Numbered from the stretch's first letter, positions 1 through 16,103 are shown. The stretch is 64,000 bases of DNA from the human T2T-CHM13v2.0 reference genome, Homo sapiens (GCF_009914755.1 NC_060926.1); one strand, 5' to 3'. The notes: generated from the letters alone by a model not told the origin. Made by a program: numbers and translations.

Positions 1-224
1 ATGAGAATCTACGAGGCTATGAGCTGAGATATTCCCAGCCTGTCTCCAAGTTTGCCTTCAGTAAACAGGTTCCTCTTAGGCTCAGAAGCCTCATTCTGAG
101 AGGCCTCATAGAAATGAATAGAAGCTGACCGATTGCTGATTGTACCTGTGTTCCTTTGCAGAGCCTGCATGGAGCTGGGAGGGTACCCAATTCATGGATT
201 TTCTGTATTAGAAAGTTAAAACAA

Positions 225-535
<311 letters not shown>

Positions 536-942
536 TCATGAAAGATCTGGCCTGTATAATGATCCTGCTTCCCATCCTGGCACAGTCTGTTCTTTTTCTT
601 CTTCTGCACATTCTGGTTTTGTCCATGTATCAGCTGTCCTGATTAGCAGCACATCTTATTTTGTGCATGAAGTCCGCGTGCTGCATCACTTGTGGTTCAT
701 CCTCAGTCCTGGACCGGTAGACCTGTCCTTCAACTCTCCAGCAAACGTGTCTAACTGCCTACGATTCAACTTTCTGATCTGAAGCAGCTCTTTATCTTCT
801 TAGAAGAGCATGTTTTCTGCCAGGTTCAACCATAAATAAACCTATGAATCAAATTTGTCTCCTTTGGGTGAGATATACAACATCCAGATGAAGGATCCAG
901 AAGACCTGACTTTCTAATTCCACCTTTGTCATTATTCACAGT

Positions 943-1168
943 TAACATTTATTGAACTCTTATTAAGTGGCAGACATTGTGTTAAGCACTTCTAAGCCAT
1001 TATCTCATTTAACATTCGCCCCTACCATATGAAGTAGGTTTATTATGATGAAGAAACAGAAATTCAGGAAAGTCAGATGACTTGCTCAAGATCACACAGC
1101 TCGTAATAGAGGCTGAGTTTGAATTCAGGGCCCAGGCCTGTCCAACTTCAAAACCACTGCTCTTAACT
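943..1168 (-). mobile_element. MIR SINE
   Basis: Reverse-complement MIR core: GATGAAGAAACAGAAATTCAGG...GACTTGCTCAAGATCACACAGC...TGCTCTTAAC. Confidence 0.8.
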
Positions 1169-1629
1169 GTTACCTTTTATGGTCTCCTAACCCACGAGGA
1201 ACCAAGCAAGGCTCTTTGGATCTCTGGGACTGTCTTTATATGCAAAGTAAGGGAGTAGGTCTAGGGCTTTCCTTGGTCCATTCAGTTCTCACATGCTGTG
1301 GATCAATTCCCTACACACCCTTTGACCCCTGCAGCCTTTTCTACCCTACCTTCCATTCAGAGCTTCCCAGGGCTATGCCCTCTTCCTATGGACCCCTAAC
1401 ATTTCACCGATGTGTCATGTCATGATGGCCTAGCTGCTCATCGCATCACCTGGTAGACTCCTCCACCTTTTTCTACCTCATCTCTGGGTGAGTGTGGAGC
1501 TGAAAAAAGGAATTAAGCCAAATAAAGACCAATTACTAGGAGAGTAGCTTTGGAAACCAAGAAGTCCCAGAGACTGTATAACTAGAGGCAGAGAAAGATA
1601 TCCCACCATGATCAAAGGAGAAAGAGTGA

Positions 1630-1996
<367 letters not shown>

Positions 1997-3763
1997 GGAA
2001 AGCCCTTTTTATAAGGCCTGCCAGGAGCTCAGGATGGAGTGGACCATGAGGGGTAACAAGCCCGATGGAGCTCAGGATATGAGCCAGTGGGCAGGGAGCA
2101 CATGACACAGCTCAGTCACCCTGAACCAATCTGCGAATTGTTAACCTGAAGTCAGTGTTCAATCGAGGTATATGCATATATTATAGGGACTTATAAAATA
2201 TTTTTATTTCTCTTTTAAAAGAGGCTTATGTAGTACTCTGATTTGAGAAATACTATCTAATCCATGATATGCGCTGATGATCTTGATCAAACTATTTTTT
2301 CTCTCTGGACTTATTCTTTACATTTTTAGAAAAGTGGGGAATGGGCAGATGAGAATTTTTAGTTCTATGAGTTTCAGGCTGAGAAGGGAGGCATTCTGGA
2401 GGCGGGCAGACCTTTCTGAGATTGCTGCCCCAGCTGACAGCCTCAAGGTCACCAGGCTTGAGAATGCTCAGGTAGAAAACCAGATCAAGAAAAGAACAGA
2501 ACTTGCTGATTTTTCCTTGGAATGCAATTTCCCAGGGAGAAAGGAACATACAAGCATTTGTTTCTAGGGGCTGATTTATTTCCGTGGCTTTCATATCTCA
2601 ATCCACACCTATCTCTGAAGGCAAAGAACACCAGGGACTTGTTTTGTTGTACTTTGCATCCTGGAGACAATGGAGATGCCATCTCATCAGTGAATAGTAA
2701 TGTAAGCGAAGGAGAGACACAGATGGGCGAATCTGATAACGTGCAACCCAAGGAGTGAGCCATATTTATTCTTGTCACCTCTAAAATGCCACTCGTCTTG
2801 TTTCCCACCTGTCCTCAATATATGCTTCACTATTAGCCTCTAGTAAGGGAAGAGAATAGGTCACCTTTTAGTGTATTTACCCAGCGAGAAGAGAGTGTTC
2901 TCTAAGATCATCTTTGACCTTCCTTTTTCTCCTTCTACTGTCTCTGCAGAGAGCTTGTTCATTCTCACAGTCTCAGTGCTGCTTTCTGTGGGGAGGACTC
3001 TCAAATCTTCAGCTCCTGCTCTGGTCAGGCTCACGGGACCATTGGCACTGTTTCCTGCCACTCGGAACCATTTCTGCCTGGATGCCAAAAATTACACGGA
3101 GCCCCCTTCAATCCATCAGCCCATCCCTCTATCCATTATTCTACTTTCCTCCAGAGGGGAGGACACAATTCACAAGCCCAGAGCTTCCTTAATCTCCTTT
3201 AATCAGAGAAGATGCCATTGGACCTCCAGCCTTATAATGATCACCACTGGCTGAGCCAGTGGCTCCCGTCAAGCCTCATCCTCTTCCTCTATGACCTGGG
3301 ACCGTGGTGCAATATTTTTGCTGAGTTTTGCCTTTCTTTACTAAGACTCTTATCTGTGTCCTTGATTCCTAGTGGGCTTCCCACCTGCCTTCTTGCTCCC
3401 TTGGTGACCCCAGACTTATTCTGCTCCTTGAGCTCAGGGTTCAAGGGTTCATTTCTCTACCCCATTACCCATTTCTGTCTTCTCTGATTGCCTGCACTCT
3501 GTGTGCCCTGTTGGCTGTTCATCTTTTCTCTGCTTGGACCTTGAACTGGGTCAAGTACTTCCAGTTTCACTCTTTCTTGAGCCTTTATCTTAATCATATA
3601 CATCATTAAACATATGTTCAACCTTCATAATTTATAGCCTATGAACCCTTAGAAGGTTCAGTCACGCATTGCTTAACAACAAGGATACATCCAAGAGCTG
3701 CATCTTTAGGTGATTTTGTCGTCATGGGAACCTCATAGAGTGTACTTACACAAACCTAGACGG

Positions 3764-4167
3764 TGTGAAAGGAGGACCCCCAAATCACTAAGGAAAGCTC
3801 AAGCTGGAAGCTGCTTAGGGCAACCCTGCCTCCCATTCTATTCAAAGTCACTCCTCTGCTCACTGAGATAGATGCATATGTGATTTGCCTCCTTTGGAAA
3901 GGCTAATCAGAAACTCAAAAGAATATAACCCTTTGTGTATCACCTAATTGTGACCTGGAAGCTCCTGCCCACCTTCTGCCTTTGCTTCAAGTTGTCCCGC
4001 CTTTCTAGACTGAACCTATGTACTTTTTACGTATATTGATTGATGTGTCATGTCTCCCTAAATGTGTAAAATGGAGCTGTGCCCTGACCACCTTGGGCAT
4101 ATGTCATCAGGACTTCCTGAGGCTGTGTCACGGGCACGTCCTCAACCTTGGCAAAATAAACTTTCTA
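3764..4167 (+). mobile_element. MER4A1-like ERV1 solo LTR, 3' end deleted
   Basis: TGTGAAAGG start; CTGCCTCCCATTCTATTCAAAGTCA; CCTCAACCTTGGCAAAATAAACTTTCTA; interrupts Tigger3. Confidence 0.85.
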
Positions 4168-5077
4168 CTACACACCTAGGCTATATAGTATGGCCTATTG
4201 CTCCTAGGTGGCAAACATCTACAGCATGTTACTGTACTGAATACTGTAGGCAAAGGTAACACACGGTATTTGTGTATCTAAACACATCTAAACATAGAAA
4301 AAGTATGGTAAAAATATAGCATAAAAGATTTAAAATGGTACACCTATGTAAGGCACTTGCCATGAATGAACCTTGGAGGAGTGGAAGTTGGTGAGTCAGT
4401 GAGGAGTGGTGAGTGAGGGTGAAGGCCTAGGACATCACTGTACACTCCTGTAGACTTTAGCAACACTGGACACTTAGGCTACACTGAATTAATAAAAAAT
4501 ATTTTTCTTCAATAATAGATTAGCCTTAGCTTACTGTAACTTTGTTACTTTATAAACTTTTAATTTTTTGACTTTTTGATTCTTGTAGTAACACTTAGCT
4601 TAAAACATAAATACGTTGCTCAGGTATACAGAAATATTTTCTTCTTTATATCCTTATTCTGTATGCCTTTTTCTATTTTTCATAAATTTTAATTATTTTT
4701 GTATTACTTTTTAAACTTTTTTGTTAAAAACTAAGACACGAACATGCACATTAGCCTAGGCCTACACATGGTCAGGATCATCAGTATCACAGTTTTCCAC
4801 CTCCACATCTTGTCCCACTGGAAGGTCTTCAGGGGCAATAACATGAATGGAGCTGTCATCTGTGATAACAATGCCTTCTTCTGGATATCTCCTGAGGGCC
4901 CTGCCTGAGGCTGTTCTAGAGGAGCTGTCACTCTTTTCAGAAATATGTTCAGGGTGGATTTCTTGCTTTGTTTCCTCTCTTCATCACAGAGTTGCTTGTA
5001 AGCAGATAATGCACGATGAACATTCCTCTCTATTAAAAAAAAAAACCTTTTGGTATTGGAATCCATGTTTTCAAACC

Positions 5078-5189
5078 TTTTTCTTTTTTAAGAAAAAAAG
5101 AGATGGGGGTCTTGCTATGTTGCTCAGGCTGGCCTCTAACTCCTAGCCTCAAGTGATCCTCCTGCCTCAGTCTCCCAAGTAGCTGGGAG
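5078..5189 (-). mobile_element. FLAM (free left Alu monomer), 5'-truncated
   Basis: GAGATGGGGGTCTTGCTATGTTGCTCAGGCTGG...CAAGTAGCTGGGA; TSD ATGT(T/C)TTCAAAC(C/T)TTTT. Confidence 0.8.
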
Positions 5190-6250
5190 ATGTCTTCAAA
5201 CTTTTTGAGGACCTTGTTGAGGTCTGGAAAAGCTTCTGCTAAACCCTTCACTATGAATTTTCTTGGGAGTTCTTCTTTTCCTTCTCATGCAGTTTCCTTT
5301 TCTCTTGCCTCTTCTTCAGTTTTGCATTCCTCTTCCAGTTCCAACAACCCATTAGTCAATTCCTCAGGAACCACCTCTAGGAGCTCCTCAATGTCATTCT
5401 CATCCACACCCACGTTAAACTTATTTGCCATCTCAGCTTACAGCCTTGTTGATTTTTGCAACCTCCTCATCCTTGGCAAATCCTTTGAAGTCATGGATGA
5501 GCCTCTTGAGTGTCTTTGAGATGTCACTCATACACTCTTTGGTGACACCAGCCCAAGCGCAAGCAAGTTTCTTGATGCAGTCTTAGATGTTGTAATCCTT
5601 CCAGAATTGCATCAGTGTCATCTCAGTGTCTTCCTCAGCTTCAGCAATAGCCTGTCCAGGTAGTAGATACAAATGTTATGTCCAGGTAGTAGGCCTGAAG
5701 AGCTGCTATAACTCTTTGATCCATTGGTTGGACCAAAAAGGTGCTATTTGAAGGGAGAGACACCACTTTGATCTTGGGATGAAAATCACCAGTAAAAGGA
5801 GGATGTGTGGGAGCATTATCAATAGTGAACAAAATCTTGAAAGGTATGTTACTCTCCAAATAGCACTTCTCCATTTCACTGAGACAGCAATTCAGGAAGG
5901 CATCTTGGAGGAGGAGCTGGGTCATCCATGACTTCTAATTGCTCCTGTAGTACAGTGGCGCTGCATGCTTATAGATATGCCTGAAAGCCCTGGGGTTTTC
6001 ACTGTGCCAGATCATGAAGGGTTTCCAGCTCTAGTCTGCACCATTGCTTCCAAGCAAAACTGTTGTCCTGTCCTTAAAAACCTTGAAACCTGACATTGAC
6101 TTAGTCACCTTATGGATGGAAGTCCTTTCAGGCATCCATTTCCAGAATAGGGAGGTTTCAACCATATTGAAGATTTTCTCTGGCAAATAATTTTTCCCCA
6201 CAATCAGCTTATCTAGTTTGAAAATTTTTTTCAGCTGCCTTCACATCAGC

Positions 6251-6292
6251 ATATGCAGAGTCACCACTCACACATGCAGACTCACCACTCAC
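6251..6292. repeat. 21-bp tandem duplication inside Tigger3
   Basis: ATATGCAGAGTCACCACTCAC / ACATGCAGACTCACCACTCAC. Confidence 0.85.
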
Positions 6293-6925
6293 TTTCATAT
6301 TATGTGATGAATAATGATTCTTGAATAATTTAAACCATCTAGAGCTAGCAGTAAATTCAACATCACAGTCAGGTCCAGCCTTGTTTTTTCAACATTGCAA
6401 ACAAGCTTTTTGCTTTGGCCATGGTTGCCATGGTGCTGAGAGGGATACACTTCTGTATCTGGTCTTTAATCCAAGTTGTGAGGAGTTTCTCCATAACTGC
6501 TATAGACCCTTCTAGAATTTTTGTTTGTCTCCTTGCCTTCAATGAAGTAGATCCTTTAATAGCTTCCATCACTTTGTTCTTGTTCTTCAAGATCGTAGCT
6601 ATGGTGGCATGTGACATGCTTGACGGGCAAGCAATAACCATCACTGATTTCCACCTTCGTAGTCCTTAATCACTTTTAATTTTGTTTCCAGGTCAATCAC
6701 TTGATGCGGCCTGTTACTGGCAACATCAGCAGTGGATTTTGTGTGCTTAGGGACCATGATGAACAAAACAACATGAGACTAAATCAAGCACAAGAGAAAA
6801 CGACACCATCAAGAGACATGGTAAACACAAGATGGATGAGGCTGCTGTTGGGGTAACATGGCGTATGTTTTACAGTAAACTCTTTTCTTTATAAGTAGAA
6901 AGAGCACACTCTAAAATAATAATAA

Positions 6926-7570
<645 letters not shown>

Positions 7571-8589
7571 TGTTTATTATCATTATCAAGTACTATGTAC
7601 TGAACATAATTGTATGTGCTATACTTTTATCCAACTGGCAGTGAAATAGGTTTATTTACACCAGCATCATCACATACACATGAGCAATGCATTGTGTTAT
7701 GAGGTTAGGATGGCTACAACGGCACTAGGTGATTGATAGGAAGTTTTTAACTTCATTATAGTCTTATGGGACAATGGTCGATAGGTGGTCTGCTGTTGAC
7801 CAAAATTTTATGTGGCACGTGACTATATTGAAAGAACCCCTTACTATCTTCACATTTTAATGAAAGGAGTTAAATTGGATGATCTCTAGGATCTCTTACA
7901 GTTCTGAAATAGTGTGACTTAAAAATGCTAGAAGACCACTTAGCTAAACTCTTTCATTTACAGGCAAAACGGACCCAGAAATTGAATGTAACCTGACAGC
8001 CTGGAGACTGAACTGGGATTAGGACTTTGGTCTTTTGAGTCCCCATTCTTGCCAAAACCCTCTGCTTTGCCTTCATTGTTTCTTTCTCTCCCTGCGAGTA
8101 GGTCATAGTAGGCCCCTGGCCATCTGTCAGATGGTTGTGTTATTTGGAAATAAGAAAGAAAATAAAAGACCCCTTGCTCCCAGCCCATTCCTTGCATTAG
8201 CGGCTTCAAGATGACATTGGGAATGTGCAACCCACTTACGAGAACAAACTATTTTTAAGTACTTGAGCACATTGATTGTTTGTGTGTGAGTGGCACCACT
8301 AATTACAAGTAAGTCCTGTCTATTTATCAAAGCAGGTCCCTTTCAGACAGTTCCTGCATGCAAACGATCCTTCCCCACAATTAGGATAAATTAGCAAGGT
8401 TTTACTGAACTAATGAGACAATGTTTGTGAGACTTGTCTTTATGTCTTCCAGGCTGTTTTGAGACAAGAGTCTATAATTGGGATCCTCAAACTGCCATAT
8501 TTAAGGAAGCCTGCACAAGAAGGGAGGTTTATCAAATCTTCTAGTCATTCCAGAGGATGTCACGTGGAGGTGTGGCTCCAGGCCCAGGA

Positions 8590-8690
8590 GCATACAAATG
8601 CATGCATGGATACATAGGACATGTGTGCACACACATGCACAGATATGCAGACACCCCACACACATGTATACACACACATCAAATACAGTC
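8590..8690. repeat. Degenerate (CA/TG)n low-complexity tract
   Basis: CATGTGTGCACACACATGCAC...TATACACACACATC. Confidence 0.6.
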
Positions 8691-9205
8691 ACAGGCTCTA
8701 GTTTGCAATTAAGCTTCTTCTTCCCTCACTATAAGTGACCATCTAGAATGCCATGGTCTGAAATCTTACATGATTCATGAGGGATAATACATTAATAAAT
8801 AAAGCAAAAATAACATCAGGTACTCTTTATTGCAAAACAGGTTTTTGCTTTGTGTTAGCAACTATCTTCACGATCTTCCAAAAGAAGTATTATTATCCTC
8901 ATTCAATAGAGGAAGACACTGATGCTAGAGTCCCAGGTACACAGCTAGTAGGCTGGGTTGGCATTCAAACTCATTAGTTTTCTACTGTACCCCCAAAGCA
9001 CATTCTTTATCTCTAATCCACTGTCTTCTGCTGAAGCTCTATTTGGTCACCTAGCCTGGTATGCTCTCCTTAAGAACTCTTTCTATCCTTCTAGCATAAG
9101 ATGGAGACCGTGAGCAAGGAGTTACCTTAGGACCACACAGTGCTGCTTCAATCCATTAGGTTTGGAAAACACAGGCTCCCCAATCAGAACTACCCAGTTA
9201 AAAGC

Positions 9206-9789
9206 TATGACGATTAATTTTATGCACCAGCATGACTGGGCTAAGGGATACCCAGATGGCTGGTATAAATATTATTTCTGGGTATGTCTATGAGGGTGTT
9301 TCATAAGAGATTAGCATTTGAATCAGTAGACTGAGTAAAGAAGGCCTGCTCTCACCAATGTGGGCGGGCATCTCCTAATCGTTGACTGCCTGAATAAAAC
9401 AAAAAGGTGGAGGAAGATCACATTCTCCTTCTCTCTTCTTGAACTAAAATATCCACCTTTTCTTGCCCTTGGACATCAGAGCTTTTGGTTTTCAGGCCTT
9501 TTGGGTTCTGAGACTTACACCAGCAGCAACTCCCACCCCTACCCCGGCTGTATTTCTCAGGCCTTCAGCCTTGCACTGGGAGTCACCATCAGCTCCCCTG
9601 GATCTCTGGCCTTCAGACCCCGACTACATTAAACCACCAGTTTTCCTGCTTCTCCAGTTTGCAGGCGACATACTGTGGGACTTATCAGCCTCTATAATCA
9701 CGTGAGCCAATTTCCATAATAGATATGCTTTCATATGTCTATATATACCCTGCTGGTTCTGTTTCTCTGGAGAACCCTGAGTGAATACA
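9206..9789 (+). mobile_element. MLT2B-type ERVL solo LTR
   Basis: TATGACGATTAATTTTATG...GAGATTAGCATTTGAATCAGTAGACTGAGTAAAGAAG...GGTTCTGTTTCTCTGGAGAACCCTGAGTGAATACA. Confidence 0.88.
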
Positions 9790-10344
9790 AGGACACAGGC
9801 CCGAAGGCTACATGTCAGGAGTGGCTGGAGGGTTGGATGGGCACAGAGACATCTCTCTGGGTCTTCCCAGTCTCTGCAAGGTCTATGAATACTTGTATGC
9901 AAATTCAACAAGAAGCCAGGGGCTTTGGGGAACAAGATTAGGGAAAGAAACTCCAATTTGCAGGAGAACCATCTTTTAGCTATTTCTTCAAGTGCCTCAC
10001 TCATGATTTCAGATATCATGAAGTCCCCTTCTTGTTTCTAGAAATATCAAATGTGGCATCTAAGGGCCAGGCTTCAGGGATCTAGTTCTGAGGTTGTCAA
10101 AGGCAATTTTCTAAGAGTTTAGTATGATTAACAGAAGATGTTTCCATAAAAATCATTAAGGAAAGCGAGAATTTTCAGATACCATTAGACTTTGGGGATA
10201 GTGTCAGGAAGCACAAAAATCTCATTTTAGTGGCTCTTGTAGAAAGAATACCCAGGATATTAGATCAAGGCTTGGGCCCCAGATACTACTCCTTTTGGCT
10301 CTGTAGACTCACTTCGCAGGATGCAACATGAGGTACTACAGTAG

Positions 10345-10878
<534 letters not shown>

Positions 10879-12039
10879 ATTTGAAGCATTTTAAACATTC
10901 AAGCAGGTCAATAAATGTGAGTATCCTTTCTTTGCTTTGCTAATCAACTTTTGAAACATTTTCTCCTTCCTTTCCTCAACATGAATGAATCTGTTCTTGA
11001 GCTATCCTGAGAGCCAAACTTGTATTGTAAAATGAGTTCTGTAGAAGCTACAAAGAACACAGATTCATAGACCCATAGAATTTCATCCATCAGAGAAAGC
11101 CCTAGTGTGGAAAGGAGACCCAGAGATCCTCTGTTCTAATCACTTAGTTCCCCAGATAAAGAGACCCGTGGAGAGGAAAATGACTTGCCCGAGATCACAT
11201 GGCTAGTGAGTGAAAGGATATGTTTATTCCAAGGCAAGCCTATTTTTACTGATAAAATAGCTTCTAACCTACATCCTGTGATCACCAAGTGGACGATTTC
11301 CTACCGAAATAAAAAACCCAGATATTACATCAGGAAGAGAGACTTCCTCAGGGCTATCCCATCCTTTGTACCTTACGTACATAAGGAGGAGTGGAATAGC
11401 TGTGCTCTATTCTTGCATCTGCTAAGTATAATATGACTGTCCCAAGTACTGTATTGTAGCATAACAGCATGCTTTAGACCCGAACGCATTTACCCTAGTG
11501 GCTGAGCTTGTAAATTGTATGCTACAGGACATGTTTATTATCATAGTTATTTTCTGCGAATACAGTTATTATTCTATTTGTGAAAATTGACATAAGAGGC
11601 CTCTAAGCTTCACACCCCTGGGGCATGGCACCCCTTTAAGGTCATGCTTCCTGGCTTGCTTCCCTTATGCTTTACTTACAGCCCATAAGAAGTTTGCTTT
11701 TACTAATTGGATTCGATTCGTCCTTTAACATTTTGATTTGAGTAAAACCAACAAGAGCTAGATTTCCCAGTCCATGACCTTTGAGGGCTAACTCTGCAGT
11801 TAAAACATATTCAGCCAGACCAGAAAGCAGTCAACCTTTTACATGCTCTGTCTGGTGTAACTCCTGATGTTTTCCAACCCCTACTCCCCAGCACTCCTTG
11901 GGGATCCTGGGACTAGAAAACCTAGCCCCGAGGTCCAAGTTTTTATGCTCTCTACTCTCTTGTTTTTACAATTAAGGAGTCCAGAGGAAAACACAGACTT
12001 TATAACGGATATGTATAATCTTTCTTTTTCTCCTATATA

Positions 12040-12351
12040 TTTATTTTTAAAACATTTTTAAAGATGTAGGGGGTACCAGTGCAGATTTCTTACATGCATA
12101 TATTAAGACTGTACCCACGATGTAATTTTTCAGTCCTTACCCCTCTTACCCTCCCACCTTTTGGGGTCTCCAATGTCTATTATTCCACTCTGTGTATCTA
12201 TGTGTACCCACTGTTTAGCTCCCACGTATAAGTGACAACATGTGGTATATGACTTTCTGTTTCTGAGTTATCTCACTTAGGATAATGGCCTCCAGTTCCA
12301 TCCATCTTGCCACAAAAGACTTGATTTCATTTTTCTTATGGCTGAATAGTA
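12040..12351 (-). mobile_element. L1 3'-end fragment (L1PB-like)
   Basis: TTTAGCTCCCACGTATAAGTGACAACATG...GGATAATGGCCTCCAGTTCCATCCAT. Confidence 0.85.
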
Positions 12352-12612
12352 GATATTTTAGTCTTTCTTTTTAAATTATGCTACTAAGAGGTGAGTATCT
12401 TTGCATTGGGTGGTATAGGAAAATAGAGATAAAGGCTAAGAAAATGTACATCCAGAATTAATACATTAATTTGTTGATCACTCATTCACTTATATATTCA
12501 TTCATCATTGAAAAATTATTTTTAAAGTGTGCATAATATGCAAAGCAGTGGGCTTTATAAGTGAGAGGGTATGGTAGAAATATAAAAAATACATAGTCTG
12601 TGCTCTCAATAA

Positions 12613-12958
<346 letters not shown>

Positions 12959-13481
12959 AAGATGGTCATTTCCCCATGTGCTTATAATACAAGGAGTTCC
13001 CAAACAAGAGTTACCAGTAAAGCCTTCATGACCTTGCAGCATGACTTGGAATGTGTTAAACAGAGATGGGAGGTGAGGTCCTTCTGGGTGGAGGAACAAG
13101 CATATAGAAAGGTTACAGAATTGGGGAGGCCTGAAGATTGGCTAAAAATGTGGTATGAACCTGCCTGGCTGGAATGGAGATCAGGGGTAGAGGATGAGTA
13201 TGATACAAAATGAGAATGGTCATTTGTAAGGACCTTAACTGCTCTATGAAGAAGTTTGGTTTTCATAAGGGAATGAATGAGAAGCTTATAAGGTTTATCA
13301 TCGGGAAAGTTATATAAACAAAATAGTCCATAGGAAAAATATTTTGGCATTAGAATATTTAGGGGTGAGAGGACTGTGAAGAATGGAGACACCTTGGGAA
13401 GCTACTGCAGGAATCAAACTTTGAGAGGAGAAAGTTTGAACCAAAATGCATGCTGACAGTTTCTCTAGAAATGCAGGGACT

Positions 13482-13812
<331 letters not shown>

Positions 13813-16049
13813 TCATACAAATCCAACTTTTGATTTTTAATGAACAATTAGGTTCAGATCTTCTCCAACTCCTGTTATGTAGGGACTAAAGCTAGTCAGT
13901 AGACAGAAGTGAAGCTATCTGAAATAGAACAAACTTTTACAGATATTTGAAGGTTTTAAATGCTACTTAGAATTGGTCGGAGAATACCTGAGCACCTTGA
14001 GGCATCAGTTTCATGCTGAGGAGCCTCTTCAAAGTTCATTACCATCTTTATTCAGCGGTTATTCACATTTGAGGAACGCATTCTGGTTGAGGACTGATTT
14101 TTCCTTCCAGCCTCCCCCACCCTGAGTTTGTGAAACTGGAGCCTCCTAACACAGCTGGTTCAAAGGAGGGAAAAATCCTTTCCTGCTTAACATTCTGCAA
14201 ACGGCATGGGCATATCTCCGAAGTCAATCATCATGAATGAAGCCATTTAAGAGTGGGGCCCGCGACTCCTCTGTGCGGATGAATAAGCAGGCAGAGTGGA
14301 TCGTATGCAGAGGAGACTGCAGGCAACTCTCTTTCTGCTTTGTCACCCTTTACGACCCGCTTTGCAGTCCCAGCACCCTTCATGGAATGTCTTGCTTTGC
14401 AAAAAGAAACAGATAATAACCACACGGAGGAGAAATGCTAGCCCTGCAGCCTGTTATTTAAAAAGTCTGGAGAAAGAGAATGCTAGCCAGACCTTACTTT
14501 TGCTCGACATAGCTTGCCCTCTCCACTTTGTGATTACATGCTCGGGGAGGTCGCATGTTCTCCCCATCACAGAACTTGTCAGGAAAAGCAATGGCCAGGA
14601 GCTACTGGTGGCTCTTGACCTCTCTGTCTCCATGCCATCATTCCACGTTCATCCCAGGGCAGCTGTGGCGAAACAGTGTCGTTGGTTCTGTAAGTCCTAG
14701 CTTCCAAAGGGGAGATTGGCTCCAATCTGTTCTCTAAGACAACGGACATCCTCTGCTGGTACTGGAAGCTGCAGATCCTTCAATCCACAAGGCCAACATA
14801 GCAGTGAGTGGCAAATCTGTCCAGATTGAGTGCAGGCAGGAGGCCGCCTTTGGTGAGCCTTAGTTTAGCTCCAAGTGCCAATGCTTGACTGTGCAGAGAA
14901 AGTAATACTGAGTGTTGACTTGAGAGATCGGGGTAGAAAAGAGAGTCTTGGTACTCATTTCAGCTCCGTTATTGAGTCAGCAGCACAATGTGTACTCATT
15001 CATTCCACATTTGTTGAGCACCTATCACGTGTCAGGAAGCATGCTGACAGCTGAGAACATTGAGAGGAATGAGACTCCTGAGGGACGTGCTAGTAGAGGA
15101 GGCATTTGGAAAGCCATTTGATCTCTCTGAGCCTGTTTCCTTTAAAAGCACAGGCACGGACAATATTTCTAAGGCCTCTTTCCACTCTAACAGTCTGCAA
15201 CAGCAATTCTGTGATTGACCTCTGACTCCCTACTCCCACCAGATAAACACCAGATTAGAGATGTGACTCCCAGCTCACTGTCTCACGTTCAGCCTGTCTG
15301 CGTCCTGTATCTCAGAGAGACCAGAGTGTCTGCTTCAGGCATGAGACTCCTAAGTGCCAGCCACTGGTCAGGCATCCTGTGTACCTCTGCCCAGATCGCA
15401 GCCGCAGTGGGGATAAAGAAGAACCCTTGAATTTAAACCTTCCTCCAGAGCCCCATTCTGCAAATCGGAAACTCTACAGAACACCCCACTGTAATATCTT
15501 GAGGAAGAACTTTTGTTTGCTAGAAATTCTAGAAAAGCAATTCATTTTACAGCTAACCTCTCTTTTTCTTAACCTCCAAGAGTGCTTGGAAGTAGCAGTT
15601 AGGTTGTTTCCATTCTGGAATTCACCCAGACAACTCCATTTTGATAAAGCCTCTCCAGTGAGGCTCCCTGAGCTTTTTCCACGAGGGGAGGCAAAGGAAT
15701 CAGAGTCTGAAGACCAAAGCCAGGTAGTCTTTTTGGAGCTTGTAGGTAAGGTAGGTGTGACTCCACCTTTCTAAGTCAGAATTACAGAATTAAAAGTCTT
15801 CAAAGAACTTTAATGATATCAAAGTCATTTTTGGAAGAACCTAACAGTTCCCAGCAAAATCAAGTGAGTTCCAGGAGGGTTTCTTGGGTCTCCTGACTTT
15901 CTTACTAATAGAAAACACAGTCTCCTTGGCCAGGGAAAGAGGCTTGTGAATGACTGACTACATGTACCTAATTGGTGGGGTTCTACTCACTCAGATGAAA
16001 CCTCATCCCTGATCCTATGGGGGAGCCTCTCTAGTCCAGGCTTCTTTTA

Positions 16050-16103
16050 TTAGGTTGGTGCAAAATAATGGCAAAAGCCACAATTACTTTTGCACCAACC
16101 TAA
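16050..16103. mobile_element. MADE1 (Hsmar1 MITE), internally deleted
   Basis: TA-TTAGGTTGGTGCAAAA...CAATTACTTTTGCACCAACCTAA-TA: Hsmar1 TIRs with TA TSD; 54 bp rather than ~80. Confidence 0.92.

Larger units (their letters stand above)
4900..6740 (-). pseudogene. Decayed Tigger3 transposase (CENP-B-type HTH and DDE_1 remnants)
   Basis: ORF 6369-6644 (TIATILKNKNK...MEKLLTTWIKDQ) is HTH-like; ORF 5641-5925 (KILFTIDNAPTHP...LPSNSTFLVQPMDQRVI) carries the pogo DDE motifs; broken by frameshifts and a FLAM. Confidence 0.85.

Noticed and set aside
2024-2078. 12-bp direct repeat GGAGCTCAGGAT, 43 bp apart
   Set aside because: Too short to separate from chance or trivial slippage.
4731-6644. Transposase-like ORFs as a domesticated TIGD/JRK-type gene
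   Set aside because: Fragmented over several frames, interrupted by a FLAM and bounded by Tigger3 TIRs: a dead transposon.
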